Origin: an uncultured Gammaproteobacteria bacterium
GTDB taxonomy: Bacteria; Patescibacteriota; Microgenomatia; UBA8517
Direction of reading: 5' to 3'
NCBI GenBank assembly: GCA_964502815.1
Contig: CAZCXV010000005.1
Span: 2,706 to 66,705, forward strand
Length of the DNA stretch: 64,000 nucleotides
Position 1 is the stretch's first letter, and each line of letters starts with the position of its first letter. The notes under the pieces were generated by a model. It saw nothing but the letters and a program-made list of their open reading frames with translations. It did no database searches and was not told the origin of the DNA. Shown here piece by piece: positions 42,358 to 51,625 of this stretch. Position numbers and translations under genes: made by a program.

Positions 42358-42619
42358 AGGCAGTAGGATTTTTGAAGTAACTCAATATATCCTCTTTTGT
42401 TTCCAAAATAATATCGTTTTCCTCAGGTTCTTTAGCTGCTCTTAAGATTTCATCTTCAAATTCCTTAGTAAAGCCATTAACAGTCAACTCGGGATACAAT
42501 CTTTTTCTTAAAGACTCCCTAATTAGTTCACTGACTGAGGAATAACTGTATTTTTTGACGGCTGTCTTAGCTTCTTCGTATAAATCCTTTGGTAGAGATA
42601 TGTTTATAGTCATATTCAT
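42332..42619 (-). CDS. Ribbon-helix-helix (CopG/ParD-like) antitoxin
   Basis: MTINISLPKDLYEEAKTAVKKYSYSSVSELIRESLRKRL is a classic RHH beta-strand plus two helices. The ORF call begins at TTG 42640; an internal ATG is preferred. Confidence 0.65.
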   Translation of the reverse strand: MNMTINISLPKDLYEEAKTAVKKYSYSSVSELIRESLRKRLYPELTVNGFTKEFEDEILRAAKEPEENDIILETKEDILSYFKNPTAYAKRKNNR

Positions 42620-42636
42620 ACAATCATTGTATGATA

Positions 42637-43752
42637 TCAATACAAAGAAGTCAAATGTTGTACTCGGAGCTTTTCCATCAAAATGGAATAGAATCTTAAG
42701 TTGTGAATGGTTGCAAGTCGGCTAGCTGTAAAGTCTTCTATTCTAAAAAGATGAGCCAAGTAGCTTCTGGTGTAGTGGGTGCACAGGAGGCAATCACAAG
42801 CCGTAGAAACAGGACTTAGGTCATGATAATATCTTTCTTTGTCTGGAACAAAGTAAGAGTAGAAATTGGGACTTCTGACATCTATTTCTGCAACTGACTT
42901 TGCGCTATAAACATACAGCCTTTTATGTCTGGCGTCCCTGGTTGGAAGAACACAGTCAAAAATGTGGTAGCCCATGTCAACCAGCTTAACTATTTCATCC
43001 GGCTTGCCAATTCCCAGGCCATACAAGAGATAATCTTTGGGGGCGTTGTCCTTAATGGTTTTAGCAGATTGATAGTCAAAAGTTTTATTATCCAATATTG
43101 GCCAGCCTCCGTAGCCCAAGCCGTCAAAGCCTATCTTTACAAGTTCTTGTGTACAGTAAGATCTTAAGTCTTGATATATTCCTCCTTGGACAACTCCAAG
43201 TAAATATGGTTTTTCGTTCTCCTTCCATCTCTTTTCTTTGACAATCTTTTCAAATTCTGTCTTACACCTTTTTGCCCAGAGCAAAGTTCTTTCTACTGTT
43301 TCGCGGGCTAAGTCATAAGTTGCATTAGGAGGAGTAAAATCATCCAAAACTACCACCATATCAGTACCAAGGGTCATTTGAAAATCAATTGAATCTTCTG
43401 GAGTAAGCTTTACCTTTGGATGCCCCGGAACTTGGAAAGAAGCTCCTTCATCACTAATTTTGCCTTTGTTGCCAGGAGATTTGGCCAGGCTCATGACCTG
43501 AAAACCTCCAGAGTCAGAAATTACTCCACCAGAGAAGTTCATGAACTTTCTAATGCCACCATGCTCCTTAATTACTTTTTTGCCAAGGTCTTTAAAGAGG
43601 TGATAAGTGTTGACCAAAATCCCTTGAGTTTTAGTGTTTGTAATATCAACCGAGTCGAGTGTTTTAAGTACTGCCCTGGTTGCATCGGGAAAAAATATGG
43701 GCAGAGAAATATTCCCTGCAGTCTCGGTCTTAAAGTATTTGGGACTATTCAC
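42637..43752 (-). CDS. tgt: Queuine tRNA-ribosyltransferase (tRNA-guanine transglycosylase)
   Basis: TIM-barrel motifs (DSGGFQV), zinc site CDCLLCTHYTRSYLAHLF (CxCxxC...H). Confidence 0.9.
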   Translation of the reverse strand: MNSPKYFKTETAGNISLPIFFPDATRAVLKTLDSVDITNTKTQGILVNTYHLFKDLGKKVIKEHGGIRKFMNFSGGVISDSGGFQVMSLAKSPGNKGKISDEGASFQVPGHPKVKLTPEDSIDFQMTLGTDMVVVLDDFTPPNATYDLARETVERTLLWAKRCKTEFEKIVKEKRWKENEKPYLLGVVQGGIYQDLRSYCTQELVKIGFDGLGYGGWPILDNKTFDYQSAKTIKDNAPKDYLLYGLGIGKPDEIVKLVDMGYHIFDCVLPTRDARHKRLYVYSAKSVAEIDVRSPNFYSYFVPDKERYYHDLSPVSTACDCLLCTHYTRSYLAHLFRIEDFTASRLATIHNLRFYSILMEKLRVQHLTSLY

Positions 43753-43798
43753 ATTGTAAATTATAGCAAAGGAGTGTTATATTTGCCCAAAGAAGATA

Positions 43799-44149
43799 AT
43801 GCGTGAGATATTTTTTGATATTGATGAAAATGGCTATGTCGGCTGGGAGAATCTGCCAGAAAAAAATTTTCTAGGTGATCAAATAATGCCTTCATTTAAA
43901 GCTGGATCTTTAACACCCCAAAAACTATCCAGACTTCTTAGTGAAAACGTTGAAATAAGTCCAATAAACTTAGTTTTGGCTAGTTTGAGACCTGGTTATT
44001 TTGCGGTTGCCAAGTGTTTGATTGACTTCCTATTAGATGTTGTTGGTTATGATGGTCAGCCAGATCTGAGAATTTCAGATGGCACATTGGAAATTCGCGC
44101 AAGGCATCTAGAGCAGATGGGAAACTGGATAGCCAGAAAGATACATTAG
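43799..44149 (+). CDS. Hypothetical protein
   Basis: 116-aa ORF with coding-like composition; no recognisable motif. Confidence 0.4.
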   Translation: MREIFFDIDENGYVGWENLPEKNFLGDQIMPSFKAGSLTPQKLSRLLSENVEISPINLVLASLRPGYFAVAKCLIDFLLDVVGYDGQPDLRISDGTLEIRARHLEQMGNWIARKIH

Positions 44150-44340
44150 TGAAGTATCGCTCGTATGACGGGAACGGTTTCAATTGTGTATCCAGGTTTT
44201 AACTCTATCCAAAAAACTGGGGGTTTTTGTGTAGCCACTTCAATTTCTACAATCATGGCTTCTCTTTCTGCTCTAAGAGGAGGAACCGAGCCTACCAGTT
44301 TGCAATTATCCAAAATAAAATGTGAGGCTGCATGTTTTGC

Positions 44341-44994
44341 TTAATGATAGGTAACTGCCTGAATCCTGTTATTCCATTCCTGAACTATTTCACCCTGTCT
44401 TGTTACCCACTGAGAAGGGGGAAACTGAGGTAAAACATATTGATATAAAAGTCTGGTGTAGGGCATTGGCATATGAACTGTGCAGTTTCCTTCTTGCCAG
44501 GTTGCGTCTCCTGAGTCGTCATCTGAAAAAGTATAGAGGTGGAGTTGGGAAGGATTTTCCAATCCAACTGCATCTTTTAAGGCTCTTATACCAAAAGGGG
44601 AATAATAAATTTTCAATCCTTCGGGTTCACCATTTAGAGAAACTCTGATGTTTTTTGCATCATTAACTATCACTGTTTCATTTGTGCCAGGAAAAGAAAT
44701 TGCATCTTCAGGTTTTTGAATTTGTCTACCAATTTTTTCCCGCCTGAGATTATCTATTTCATTGTCCGTTAAGACTCTTGGATTTCTTCTTTTGTCTTGT
44801 TCTGTCATGTTTGTCGCCAGCTCTGATATTCCATATGTGGCTGCAACCAGTCCTAGAAAGATTCCCCCTTTAATAAACACTCTTCGGTTTGCAGTTTGTT
44901 CCCGTCTCTTTTTGGAAAATGGTTGTCTTTCTGGCATGGAAGTGCATTGTATCATATTGCGCTTTATACGCCCCCCTACTAAAATACACCTCAT
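44341..44994 (-). CDS. Hypothetical exported protein with twin-arginine-like motif
   Basis: NRRVFIKGGIFLGLVAATYG resembles an RRxFLK Tat signal plus h-region; real start probably downstream of 44994. Confidence 0.4.
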   Translation of the reverse strand: MRCILVGGRIKRNMIQCTSMPERQPFSKKRREQTANRRVFIKGGIFLGLVAATYGISELATNMTEQDKRRNPRVLTDNEIDNLRREKIGRQIQKPEDAISFPGTNETVIVNDAKNIRVSLNGEPEGLKIYYSPFGIRALKDAVGLENPSQLHLYTFSDDDSGDATWQEGNCTVHMPMPYTRLLYQYVLPQFPPSQWVTRQGEIVQEWNNRIQAVTYH

Positions 44995-45871
44995 GGGTGG
45001 AGAAAGACGATTGGTCGACCAAGTAGAAACTCGTCAGGAGATTTTGAAAAACACGAGCAATTGGTATGTCCAACAAAGAGTAATAATGGCTCATGAGTTA
45101 GCCACACATTTTGCCTCAGACCAAGAAAGTGGTCTTGTATCAGACATTACTAGACAGTTACATCAAGAAGGTAGGACATATAAAGATGTGATTATTGACT
45201 ATTTTTCTCGAGAAAGTAAATCAATTGGTGAACTTATAAACAGCCCATTCATCAGTGCGTTTAGAAAAACTAAACTTTGTTCTGAAGCAGAAGAGGAATT
45301 TCTATCTTCAGATCCAAGTGAAGAAGATTTTTTGGATTGGCTTAAAATGCAAATTCATGTTTTGGCAGATGGATTGGCAACGTGTGTGAATATAGAAGGT
45401 GTTATTGAGAAAGTGCCCCAAGCCATTCAAAATAAGAAGAGATTGGATAAAGGAGCTCTTTGGAGAGAGCAAAATCCTGAAGAGGCGATAAGGATTCAGA
45501 AGTTGGCTACCCAAAAAGCAATTGAGGCTGCAAAACCATATGTTTTTACTGACGAGTTAAGAGGACTTGTGCAATTTCTTTTAGAAGACATGAAACCTGA
45601 AAAAGTTGTCACAGTTCTTAAAATGCTTGGTTATAGAACTGACTATGCTTCTTTAATGAGAGCAATCAGAAAATATCCAGATATGAAAAATTCATTTCAA
45701 GAGAAAAGGGATTTGGAACAACAAAAGAGAGAAGAGACAATATTAAGAGTTTACAAAGAGACGGGATCGATTGTTAAAACCTATCGACTGTTAAGTAGTC
45801 TTTACACTCACAAACAAGTTGGATATGTAATTTTAAAATCAAGGGAATCTGACCTAGAAGAAGATTTATAG
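44993..45871 (+). CDS. Hypothetical cytoplasmic protein
   Basis: ATG at 44993 preferred over the upstream 44762 start, which would overlap the divergent gene by 230 nt; acidic, helical, no known motif. Confidence 0.45.
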   Translation: MGGERRLVDQVETRQEILKNTSNWYVQQRVIMAHELATHFASDQESGLVSDITRQLHQEGRTYKDVIIDYFSRESKSIGELINSPFISAFRKTKLCSEAEEEFLSSDPSEEDFLDWLKMQIHVLADGLATCVNIEGVIEKVPQAIQNKKRLDKGALWREQNPEEAIRIQKLATQKAIEAAKPYVFTDELRGLVQFLLEDMKPEKVVTVLKMLGYRTDYASLMRAIRKYPDMKNSFQEKRDLEQQKREETILRVYKETGSIVKTYRLLSSLYTHKQVGYVILKSRESDLEEDL

Positions 45872-45875
45872 TTTG

Positions 45876-45947
45876 TGTTCCCGCCGAGAATCGAACTCAG
45901 ATTTAAGGTTTAGGAAACCTTTGTTCTATCCGTTGAACTACGGGAAC
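45876..45947 (-). tRNA. tRNA-Arg (anticodon CCT), no encoded CCA
   Basis: Manual fold: acceptor GTTCCCG/CGGGAAC, D arm GTTC-AACGGATA-GAAC, anticodon stem AAGGT/ACCTT with loop TTCCTAA, T arm CTGAG-TTCGATT-CTCGG, discriminator A. Confidence 0.85.
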
Positions 45948-46572
45948 AAAATTGCTCTGTTACTTGATCTTTTAAAGCTAAAATGTATTTTAACATGTAG
46001 CTCGTGGCTTTTTTAACTCTAACTCTACACATCCCATATTTTAGTTTTCCGACCTTTTTTCCATAAATAATCTCGGTATGTTGAAAATTGCTTAAGGGTA
46101 TTTTTGTAACTCCTGACCAATATTGTTTGCAAGTATTTTCATCCATGTCTTGAAAAATTCTTATATTGGCTCTAAGTTGGTCATTTTTGACATCAAAGAG
46201 ATCTCTCAGGCCTTGGACAAAAACATTAATCATTTTTGGATCACTATTATTCATAATAAAGTCACTTTTATTGCCTTCACCCCAATACAAAGCTGTCAAA
46301 AATATTAACTTTTCTTTGTTTGTAACTGAAGGGATGTCTCTTTTTGCATTTAATTTTGCTTTCTCAATTGCTAATTTCTCTCTTAATGTGCTGGTGGATT
46401 GTTTGTTTTTCCAAACATGCATATTTTCGGGGGAAATTTTCACAGTGGAGGCATACCGATAAACAGTTCCATGGCCAACATTGACAAGTTTCTTAATCTC
46501 AGTATAACTATTTCCTTTATTTCTTAATAATTTTATTTTTAGTATTTGATTCTCAGTTAAATGTTTGCTCAT
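45910..46572 (-). CDS. HTH-domain protein with LAGLIDADG-like motif (putative homing endonuclease / mobile-element protein)
   Basis: N-terminal HTH (GNSYTEIKKLVNVGHGTVYRY). NKEKLIFLTALYWGEGNKS aligns with the I-CreI block NKEFLLYLAGFVDGDGSI. The last 12 codons plus stop are read from the 5' half of tRNA-Arg, with the stop TAA in the anticodon loop. Confidence 0.5.
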   Translation of the reverse strand: MSKHLTENQILKIKLLRNKGNSYTEIKKLVNVGHGTVYRYASTVKISPENMHVWKNKQSTSTLREKLAIEKAKLNAKRDIPSVTNKEKLIFLTALYWGEGNKSDFIMNNSDPKMINVFVQGLRDLFDVKNDQLRANIRIFQDMDENTCKQYWSGVTKIPLSNFQHTEIIYGKKVGKLKYGMCRVRVKKATSYMLKYILALKDQVTEQFCSRSSTDRTKVS

Positions 46573-46609
46573 ACAATTGTAATTATACTATTGACAAATT
46601 CTTTGTAAA

Positions 46610-46647
46610 CTAGGACGGGTCTGCTCTGTCCGTTGAGCTATGGGAGC
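46610..46647 (-). pseudogene. Truncated tRNA 5' half (acceptor and D arm, ending in an anticodon loop carrying CCT)
   Basis: GCTCCCA-TA-GCTC-AACGGACA-GAGC-A-GACCC-GTCCTAG has no 3' half; it runs directly into the promoter region of 45910..46572. Confidence 0.4.
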
Positions 46648-46698
46648 TCGTGATAGGAAACCTCATGTTCTACCGGCTTAAGCCGGCCAAGCTTTGCT

Positions 46699-46719
46699 TA
46701 TCCGTTGAACTACGGGAAC
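46699..46719 (-). pseudogene. Fragment identical to the first 21 nt of tRNA-Arg(CCT), followed by a 27-nt palindromic insert and a degenerate D/anticodon segment
   Basis: GTTCCCGTAGTTCAACGGATA, then AGCAAAGCTTGGCCGGCTTAAGCCGGT, then AGAACATGAGGTTTCCTA (compare GAACAAAGGTTTCCTA in the intact gene). Confidence 0.45.
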
Positions 46720-46748
46720 TTTAGGTTATTTTAACATAAAACATGAAG

Positions 46749-48143
46749 CTATCTTGTGGGATTTTCAAACCAAATGACTCCTAATCCTTGTTTGTCATTG
46801 GTTTTTTCCTCAGTCGTGACTACGTCTAGGTCTCCATCTTTATCAACATCAATTAAAGGTATCAAGTCATACTTAATTCCAAGTTTTCCTGATATGCTTT
46901 CTGCCATCCAACTCCCCTGAAAAGTGGAGAGATTGTTTTTTAAGTAGAAGACATTTTCAGAACCTTCATATTTGTTATTTGTTGAGACAATAATTTCATT
47001 TTTACCATCCAAATCTATGTCAGCAACTGAAACAGCTTTAGATAATCCAAAATTGTTAGGAAAATCAATTTGATAAGTTGTCCAATCCAAACCTGTTCTA
47101 GAAAGCCTTTTAGAAATTAAAATCTGTCTTTGTTTAGCTGCTGTGACAATATCGTCTAGGCCATCCTTGTCAAGGTCTGCTATTGTGATGAACCCTGGAT
47201 GTACATTTTCTAGAATATAGTGCTGGATCCACTTGTTATCTAATTGTTCTAGTCCAGGGTTTTCTAACCAACGGACACTTCCTTGAATCGCTAAGTCATC
47301 TTCACTATCTTTATCATCTGAAAACGATTTTCCTCGGTCTGAGATCAGGATATCTTGATCTCCGTCCGAGTCCATATCTGTAGCAAATATTGACATTATA
47401 TAATTAACATCACTTAAAACATGCCAAACCCACTTATCTATCTCTCTTGGATTCTGTGGTGATTCAAACCAACCAAGTTTGGCATTTATACCTTTGCTTC
47501 CTGCCACAATGTCAATTCTTCCGTCTTTGTTTAGGTCAATCGGAAAAGTATACATCCATTTTGTTTTTCCTTTTGACTCAGTCAAAATTTCAGTTTTCCA
47601 GGCAATTGGGTCAAGAATTTTCTGTTTGTCTTTGGGTCCCCAAGAAAGATATATTTTTCTATCATCCATTTCTGTTGAACTAATTACATCATACGAGTTG
47701 TCATTGTCTAAATCCGCAAAGACTGCATCTTCAACATATGGAGTTTTTGCGACAGTTACACTTTGCCATTTGTTTTTTGAAGCATTTATATTTCCGGGGT
47801 GGAGAAAAACATCTGTTCGACCGCCTTTTTCACCACCACTGACTAAATCGGGAAAATTATCGCCATTTATATCCATACTTCTGACACCGTCTGATCCTTT
47901 GGCGTTTCCAATAACGTGCATTTGCCATGGTTTAGAAGCTGGATTATATGTTGCAGTACCTAAGCTTTGGGTAGGACTTGAGGCAAAAGGAAGTTTAAGA
48001 ACTTGTTTCTGGACTAGGTAAGCTCCTACAAAAGTAGCAACAATTAAAACAGTAATAAGTAAAAGGGTAATGATTTGTTTACTGTTATAGTTTCTGGCAG
48101 ACATATTACTTAAATGATAGTTCTTTCGAACGGCCATCGTCAA
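46749..48143 (-). CDS. Secreted FG-GAP/VCBS repeat protein (beta-propeller)
   Basis: N-terminal TM/signal; at least seven Dx[DN]xDGxxD Ca-binding repeats (DINGDNFPDLV, DLNKDGRIDIV, DMDSDGDQDIL, DLDKDGLDDIV, DIDLDGKNEII, DVDKDGDLDVV). Confidence 0.65.
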   Translation of the reverse strand: MTMAVRKNYHLSNMSARNYNSKQIITLLLITVLIVATFVGAYLVQKQVLKLPFASSPTQSLGTATYNPASKPWQMHVIGNAKGSDGVRSMDINGDNFPDLVSGGEKGGRTDVFLHPGNINASKNKWQSVTVAKTPYVEDAVFADLDNDNSYDVISSTEMDDRKIYLSWGPKDKQKILDPIAWKTEILTESKGKTKWMYTFPIDLNKDGRIDIVAGSKGINAKLGWFESPQNPREIDKWVWHVLSDVNYIMSIFATDMDSDGDQDILISDRGKSFSDDKDSEDDLAIQGSVRWLENPGLEQLDNKWIQHYILENVHPGFITIADLDKDGLDDIVTAAKQRQILISKRLSRTGLDWTTYQIDFPNNFGLSKAVSVADIDLDGKNEIIVSTNNKYEGSENVFYLKNNLSTFQGSWMAESISGKLGIKYDLIPLIDVDKDGDLDVVTTEEKTNDKQGLGVIWFENPTR

Positions 48144-48147
48144 GTAA

Positions 48148-49326
48148 TCACTTTAGATTCAAGTGGTAAAGATTGGCGGCTCCATCAATTGACCCCAAAT
48201 TTGTCAGGATTAAAAGCTTTCCCGAGATCGAGTTTGGGTAGGCATGGGGAAAAATGTATGAACCGGAGTAAATGGTTTGCCTATTGGTATTGTCATAGTC
48301 TGAAATTACAACTTTGTCTTTCTGGGGAATAACCAGATGCCTTGAAGTTCCAAGCCAATAAATAAAATCATCTTTTCCAGCTATTTCAAAGTTTCTGTCT
48401 TCTTTGATGTCAAAAATATATTTAACATTCTTTTTGAGCTCTCTGGTTTGGTTTTGAGTAGACGCTCCTGGAAGCGCTGGAATTAGCCCTTCTGGAATTT
48501 TAGCGCTGTCGGTTGCGGTGTATAAAATCTTGGTTTCATCTGGGGAGAAAATTATATTGGTGGTTTTTTCTTTAAATAAAATTGCCAATTCATCGGGTAG
48601 ATTTGCCAGTTGAGAATCAAGCTTTTTTAGCTCTTTTCCCTGCCAAGTCTCTTTTATTTTGTCTGCCTGGGTTGAAATGTTTACTCTCTGGCTTTGGTTA
48701 ACAAATTCAGTTGGGTCTAGTAGAAAAATACCCCCCTTGGTTGTCAAAAGTATTTCTTTGCCGTCGGGAGACCAAACCCATTGTGCATCCGTCAAATCCC
48801 CATCAGTTATTCTTTTTGGATCTCTGGAAAAGCCAATTGGAAGAGAGTTTACTTCAGTTACCCACAAGCCAGCTTTGTCTAAATTATCTTTAGTTGGTGG
48901 AACTACGTAAGCAATGCGGGTTGCGTCATGGGAAGAGACTGGGTTTATGACACCAGAAAAGGTTAGAGCCGAGAGCGAAGGGGCTGCCGGAAAAAGAGAG
49001 GCATCAATTTCAGTGACTTCTTCTTTTTGAATGGTCATTTTTTTACTCCAGGTCAAAAAACCATCTTTTTTGATTTCAATCTTGTAGGTTCCAGGAGCCA
49101 GGGAAATAGTAGCGTCAGTTGCAGTTTTCAAAACGCTGTCAACATAGATTCCAGCACCATTGGGGTCAGAATTAACTACCATGATACCATTTGGGGTAAA
49201 CCTAAAGTTTTTGCGATCAAATTTGTAACCCCTGGCATAATATGAAGCAATTAAGCCAAAAAAAGAAACAATCAAAATAGTGGACAAAAAAACTAGAATT
49301 CTTACTTTTGGCATCTTAAAAGACAA
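48148..49326 (-). CDS. Secreted PEGA-like domain plus TolB-like beta-propeller protein
   Basis: N-terminal TM; PEGA-like GAGIYVDSVLKTATDATISLAPGTYKIEIKKDGF; propeller blades (WVWSPDGKEILLT...). Confidence 0.5.
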   Translation of the reverse strand: MSFKMPKVRILVFLSTILIVSFFGLIASYYARGYKFDRKNFRFTPNGIMVVNSDPNGAGIYVDSVLKTATDATISLAPGTYKIEIKKDGFLTWSKKMTIQKEEVTEIDASLFPAAPSLSALTFSGVINPVSSHDATRIAYVVPPTKDNLDKAGLWVTEVNSLPIGFSRDPKRITDGDLTDAQWVWSPDGKEILLTTKGGIFLLDPTEFVNQSQRVNISTQADKIKETWQGKELKKLDSQLANLPDELAILFKEKTTNIIFSPDETKILYTATDSAKIPEGLIPALPGASTQNQTRELKKNVKYIFDIKEDRNFEIAGKDDFIYWLGTSRHLVIPQKDKVVISDYDNTNRQTIYSGSYIFPHAYPNSISGKLLILTNLGSIDGAANLYHLNLK

Positions 49327-49430
49327 TTATACCACTTGTTGGCACCTGAAAAGACAAATATAATGCTTTTGCTAGTGGTGCTTTGACTAGATCAAAATAC
49401 CAACAAACTGAAACATCTACATATAAAAAA

Positions 49431-50435
49431 ATGAGAAAACGAATTGCAATTGATCTTGGGACAGCCAACACTTTGGTATGGGTGGATGGCATGGGAATTG
49501 TGACTAATGAGCCGACCGTGGTGGCGGTTTCCTCGGACGATAATAAGGTGGTAGCCGTCGGTGAAGACGCCAAAAGAATGCTGGGAAGAACTCCAGAATC
49601 CCTAATCGCCATGCGCCCCATGCGTGAGGGGGTAATTGCAGACTATCAGGTAACTAAAGCTCTTTTAAGATATTTTATTAGTAAAGTAACGGGTAGGGTG
49701 TCGTTTTTCAAGCCCGACGTCATGGTGTGTGTTCCCGCAGGCTGCACCCAGGTCGAAAGACGCGCAGCACTGGATGCTACTCTGGAAGCTGGAGCCGCCC
49801 ATGCCTACCTAATAGATGAACCATTGGCTGCAGCAATCGGGGCGGGTATTCCGGTTTCAGCGCCTTCTGGCCACATGATTTTGGATATTGGCGGAGGCGC
49901 TGCGGAGGCTGCAGTACTCTCTCTTGGGGGAGTGGTGGTCCATAAATCGGTCAGAGTTGCCGGAAATAAGATCGATGAAGCAATTCAAAGCTATCTAAAG
50001 AAAAAACATAATCTGATTGTTGGAGACCAAACGGCCGAGGATATTAAAATAAAAATAGGTTCTGCAATAGACTTGCCAAAGGAGGAAAAGTTAGAAATCT
50101 CTGGCCGGGATTTGGTTTTTGGATTACCCAGAAGTGTAGTAATCACTTCGCACGAAGTAACTGAGGCCATCCATCCAACTTTAAACATGATAATAGGAGC
50201 TGTAAAAGGAGTTCTGGAGGATACACCTCCAGAACTGGCAGCCGATATTATTGATAAAGGCATAGTCATGAGTGGGGGAACCTCAACTTTAAGAAATTTC
50301 GACAAGTTGGTAACCCAGGAAACTGGCGTTCCCGCCCACGTCGCCGAAGATGCCCTGTACTGTGTTGTTAAAGGAACGGCTGTAGTGATGGAGAATATTG
50401 AACTTTGGAAAAGGTCGGTGACCACAAAAAGATAA
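49431..50435 (+). CDS. mreB: Rod-shape determining protein MreB
   Basis: Actin fold motifs IAIDLGTANTLV, DIGGGAAEAAV, GIVMSGGTSTL. The ORF call extends to 49383; ATG 49431 is preferred. Confidence 0.88.
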   Translation: MRKRIAIDLGTANTLVWVDGMGIVTNEPTVVAVSSDDNKVVAVGEDAKRMLGRTPESLIAMRPMREGVIADYQVTKALLRYFISKVTGRVSFFKPDVMVCVPAGCTQVERRAALDATLEAGAAHAYLIDEPLAAAIGAGIPVSAPSGHMILDIGGGAAEAAVLSLGGVVVHKSVRVAGNKIDEAIQSYLKKKHNLIVGDQTAEDIKIKIGSAIDLPKEEKLEISGRDLVFGLPRSVVITSHEVTEAIHPTLNMIIGAVKGVLEDTPPELAADIIDKGIVMSGGTSTLRNFDKLVTQETGVPAHVAEDALYCVVKGTAVVMENIELWKRSVTTKR

Positions 50436-50698
50436 TTCCTATAATATCGACAATTATCTTTTCACAGGACCAGTGTATAGTTTGTGGGTAAAGGCTAATA
50501 TTTAAGGCTAAGAATTGAATCAATAATTTGTGCATTAGTGTACAAAATCCATTGTCGGTAAGCTGAATATCTTACCTATAACAATAATCAAGTAAAATTT
50601 TAGTATTTTGTCTGTAGAAAAAAATTACAAAATTAAAATTAACCCTTTTTCATTGCGGAAGTTGCAAAAGCCTTGTCTTTAATACTAAAATTTAACTT

Positions 50699-51475
50699 AT
50701 GACGATTGCAAAACTGACCCAAAAACAGGTCAAAATATTAAACATCCGAATAGATGGCATTACCAAGGGTAGACTGCTAACGACTATCGGTAATTTGTTA
50801 GCCAATGGGAAGAAATTTAACGTCGTTACCCCCAACCCCGAAATGATACTTCAGGCACAAACTGACCGAAATCTAGCTTTGGCCATTGACAGAGCAACTT
50901 TTAGTCTAGCTGATGGCATTGGATTAAAGATGTTTGCCGATAACACTTTGGAAATAATTCATGGAAGAAAATTGGTTTTGGACTTACTTAAACTTGCAAA
51001 CAAAAAAGGTTTGAAAGCTTTTTTTGTTACTTCCGATCAGAAAAATACTAACCAGAAGCTTCTTGCCAAGATTGAAAGAGAATATCCACAGATTGCAGTT
51101 CAATCTGAAGTAGGGCCGAGATTAACGTCAGGGGCACTGCCTACAAATTCCCAGGAAACCGAAAAACAAGCACAGCTAATTATAAAAATAAATACTTTTA
51201 AACCAGATTTGTTATTTGTTTCTATGAGCACTCCAAAACAGGAAATTTGGGTTGATATACACCGGGAAGAATTAAATGCCATAGGAGTTTTTTGTGTGGG
51301 CGCAGGACTTGACTTCTATGCCGGGACTGCAAAGGCTCCACACAGATGGATGGAAAAATTAGAGATTGAATGGTTGTGGAGGCTTTTAACCGAACCAAAA
51401 AGATTTAAAAGAATACTAAATGCAGTGGTCGTATTTCCACTTACCTTATTATTAAATAGATTCAAAAAGAACTAA
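50699..51475 (+). CDS. WecB/TagA/CpsF-family glycosyltransferase
   Basis: NVVTPNPEM signature and overall 258-aa architecture of the TagA/WecG family. Confidence 0.75.
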   Translation: MTIAKLTQKQVKILNIRIDGITKGRLLTTIGNLLANGKKFNVVTPNPEMILQAQTDRNLALAIDRATFSLADGIGLKMFADNTLEIIHGRKLVLDLLKLANKKGLKAFFVTSDQKNTNQKLLAKIEREYPQIAVQSEVGPRLTSGALPTNSQETEKQAQLIIKINTFKPDLLFVSMSTPKQEIWVDIHREELNAIGVFCVGAGLDFYAGTAKAPHRWMEKLEIEWLWRLLTEPKRFKRILNAVVVFPLTLLLNRFKKN

Positions 51476-51625
51476 TCTCCTGATACTAAAATTGCTATTT
51501 TGATATATTGCTAAGTATTTTGATATATATAATTGAGCGTTTAGTTTGAATCTTGACTTTTGGGCAAAATATGTCAAAATGAGATCTGGAACTGACGAAA
51601 TTCGATAGGTTCAGACGTTAAATCA

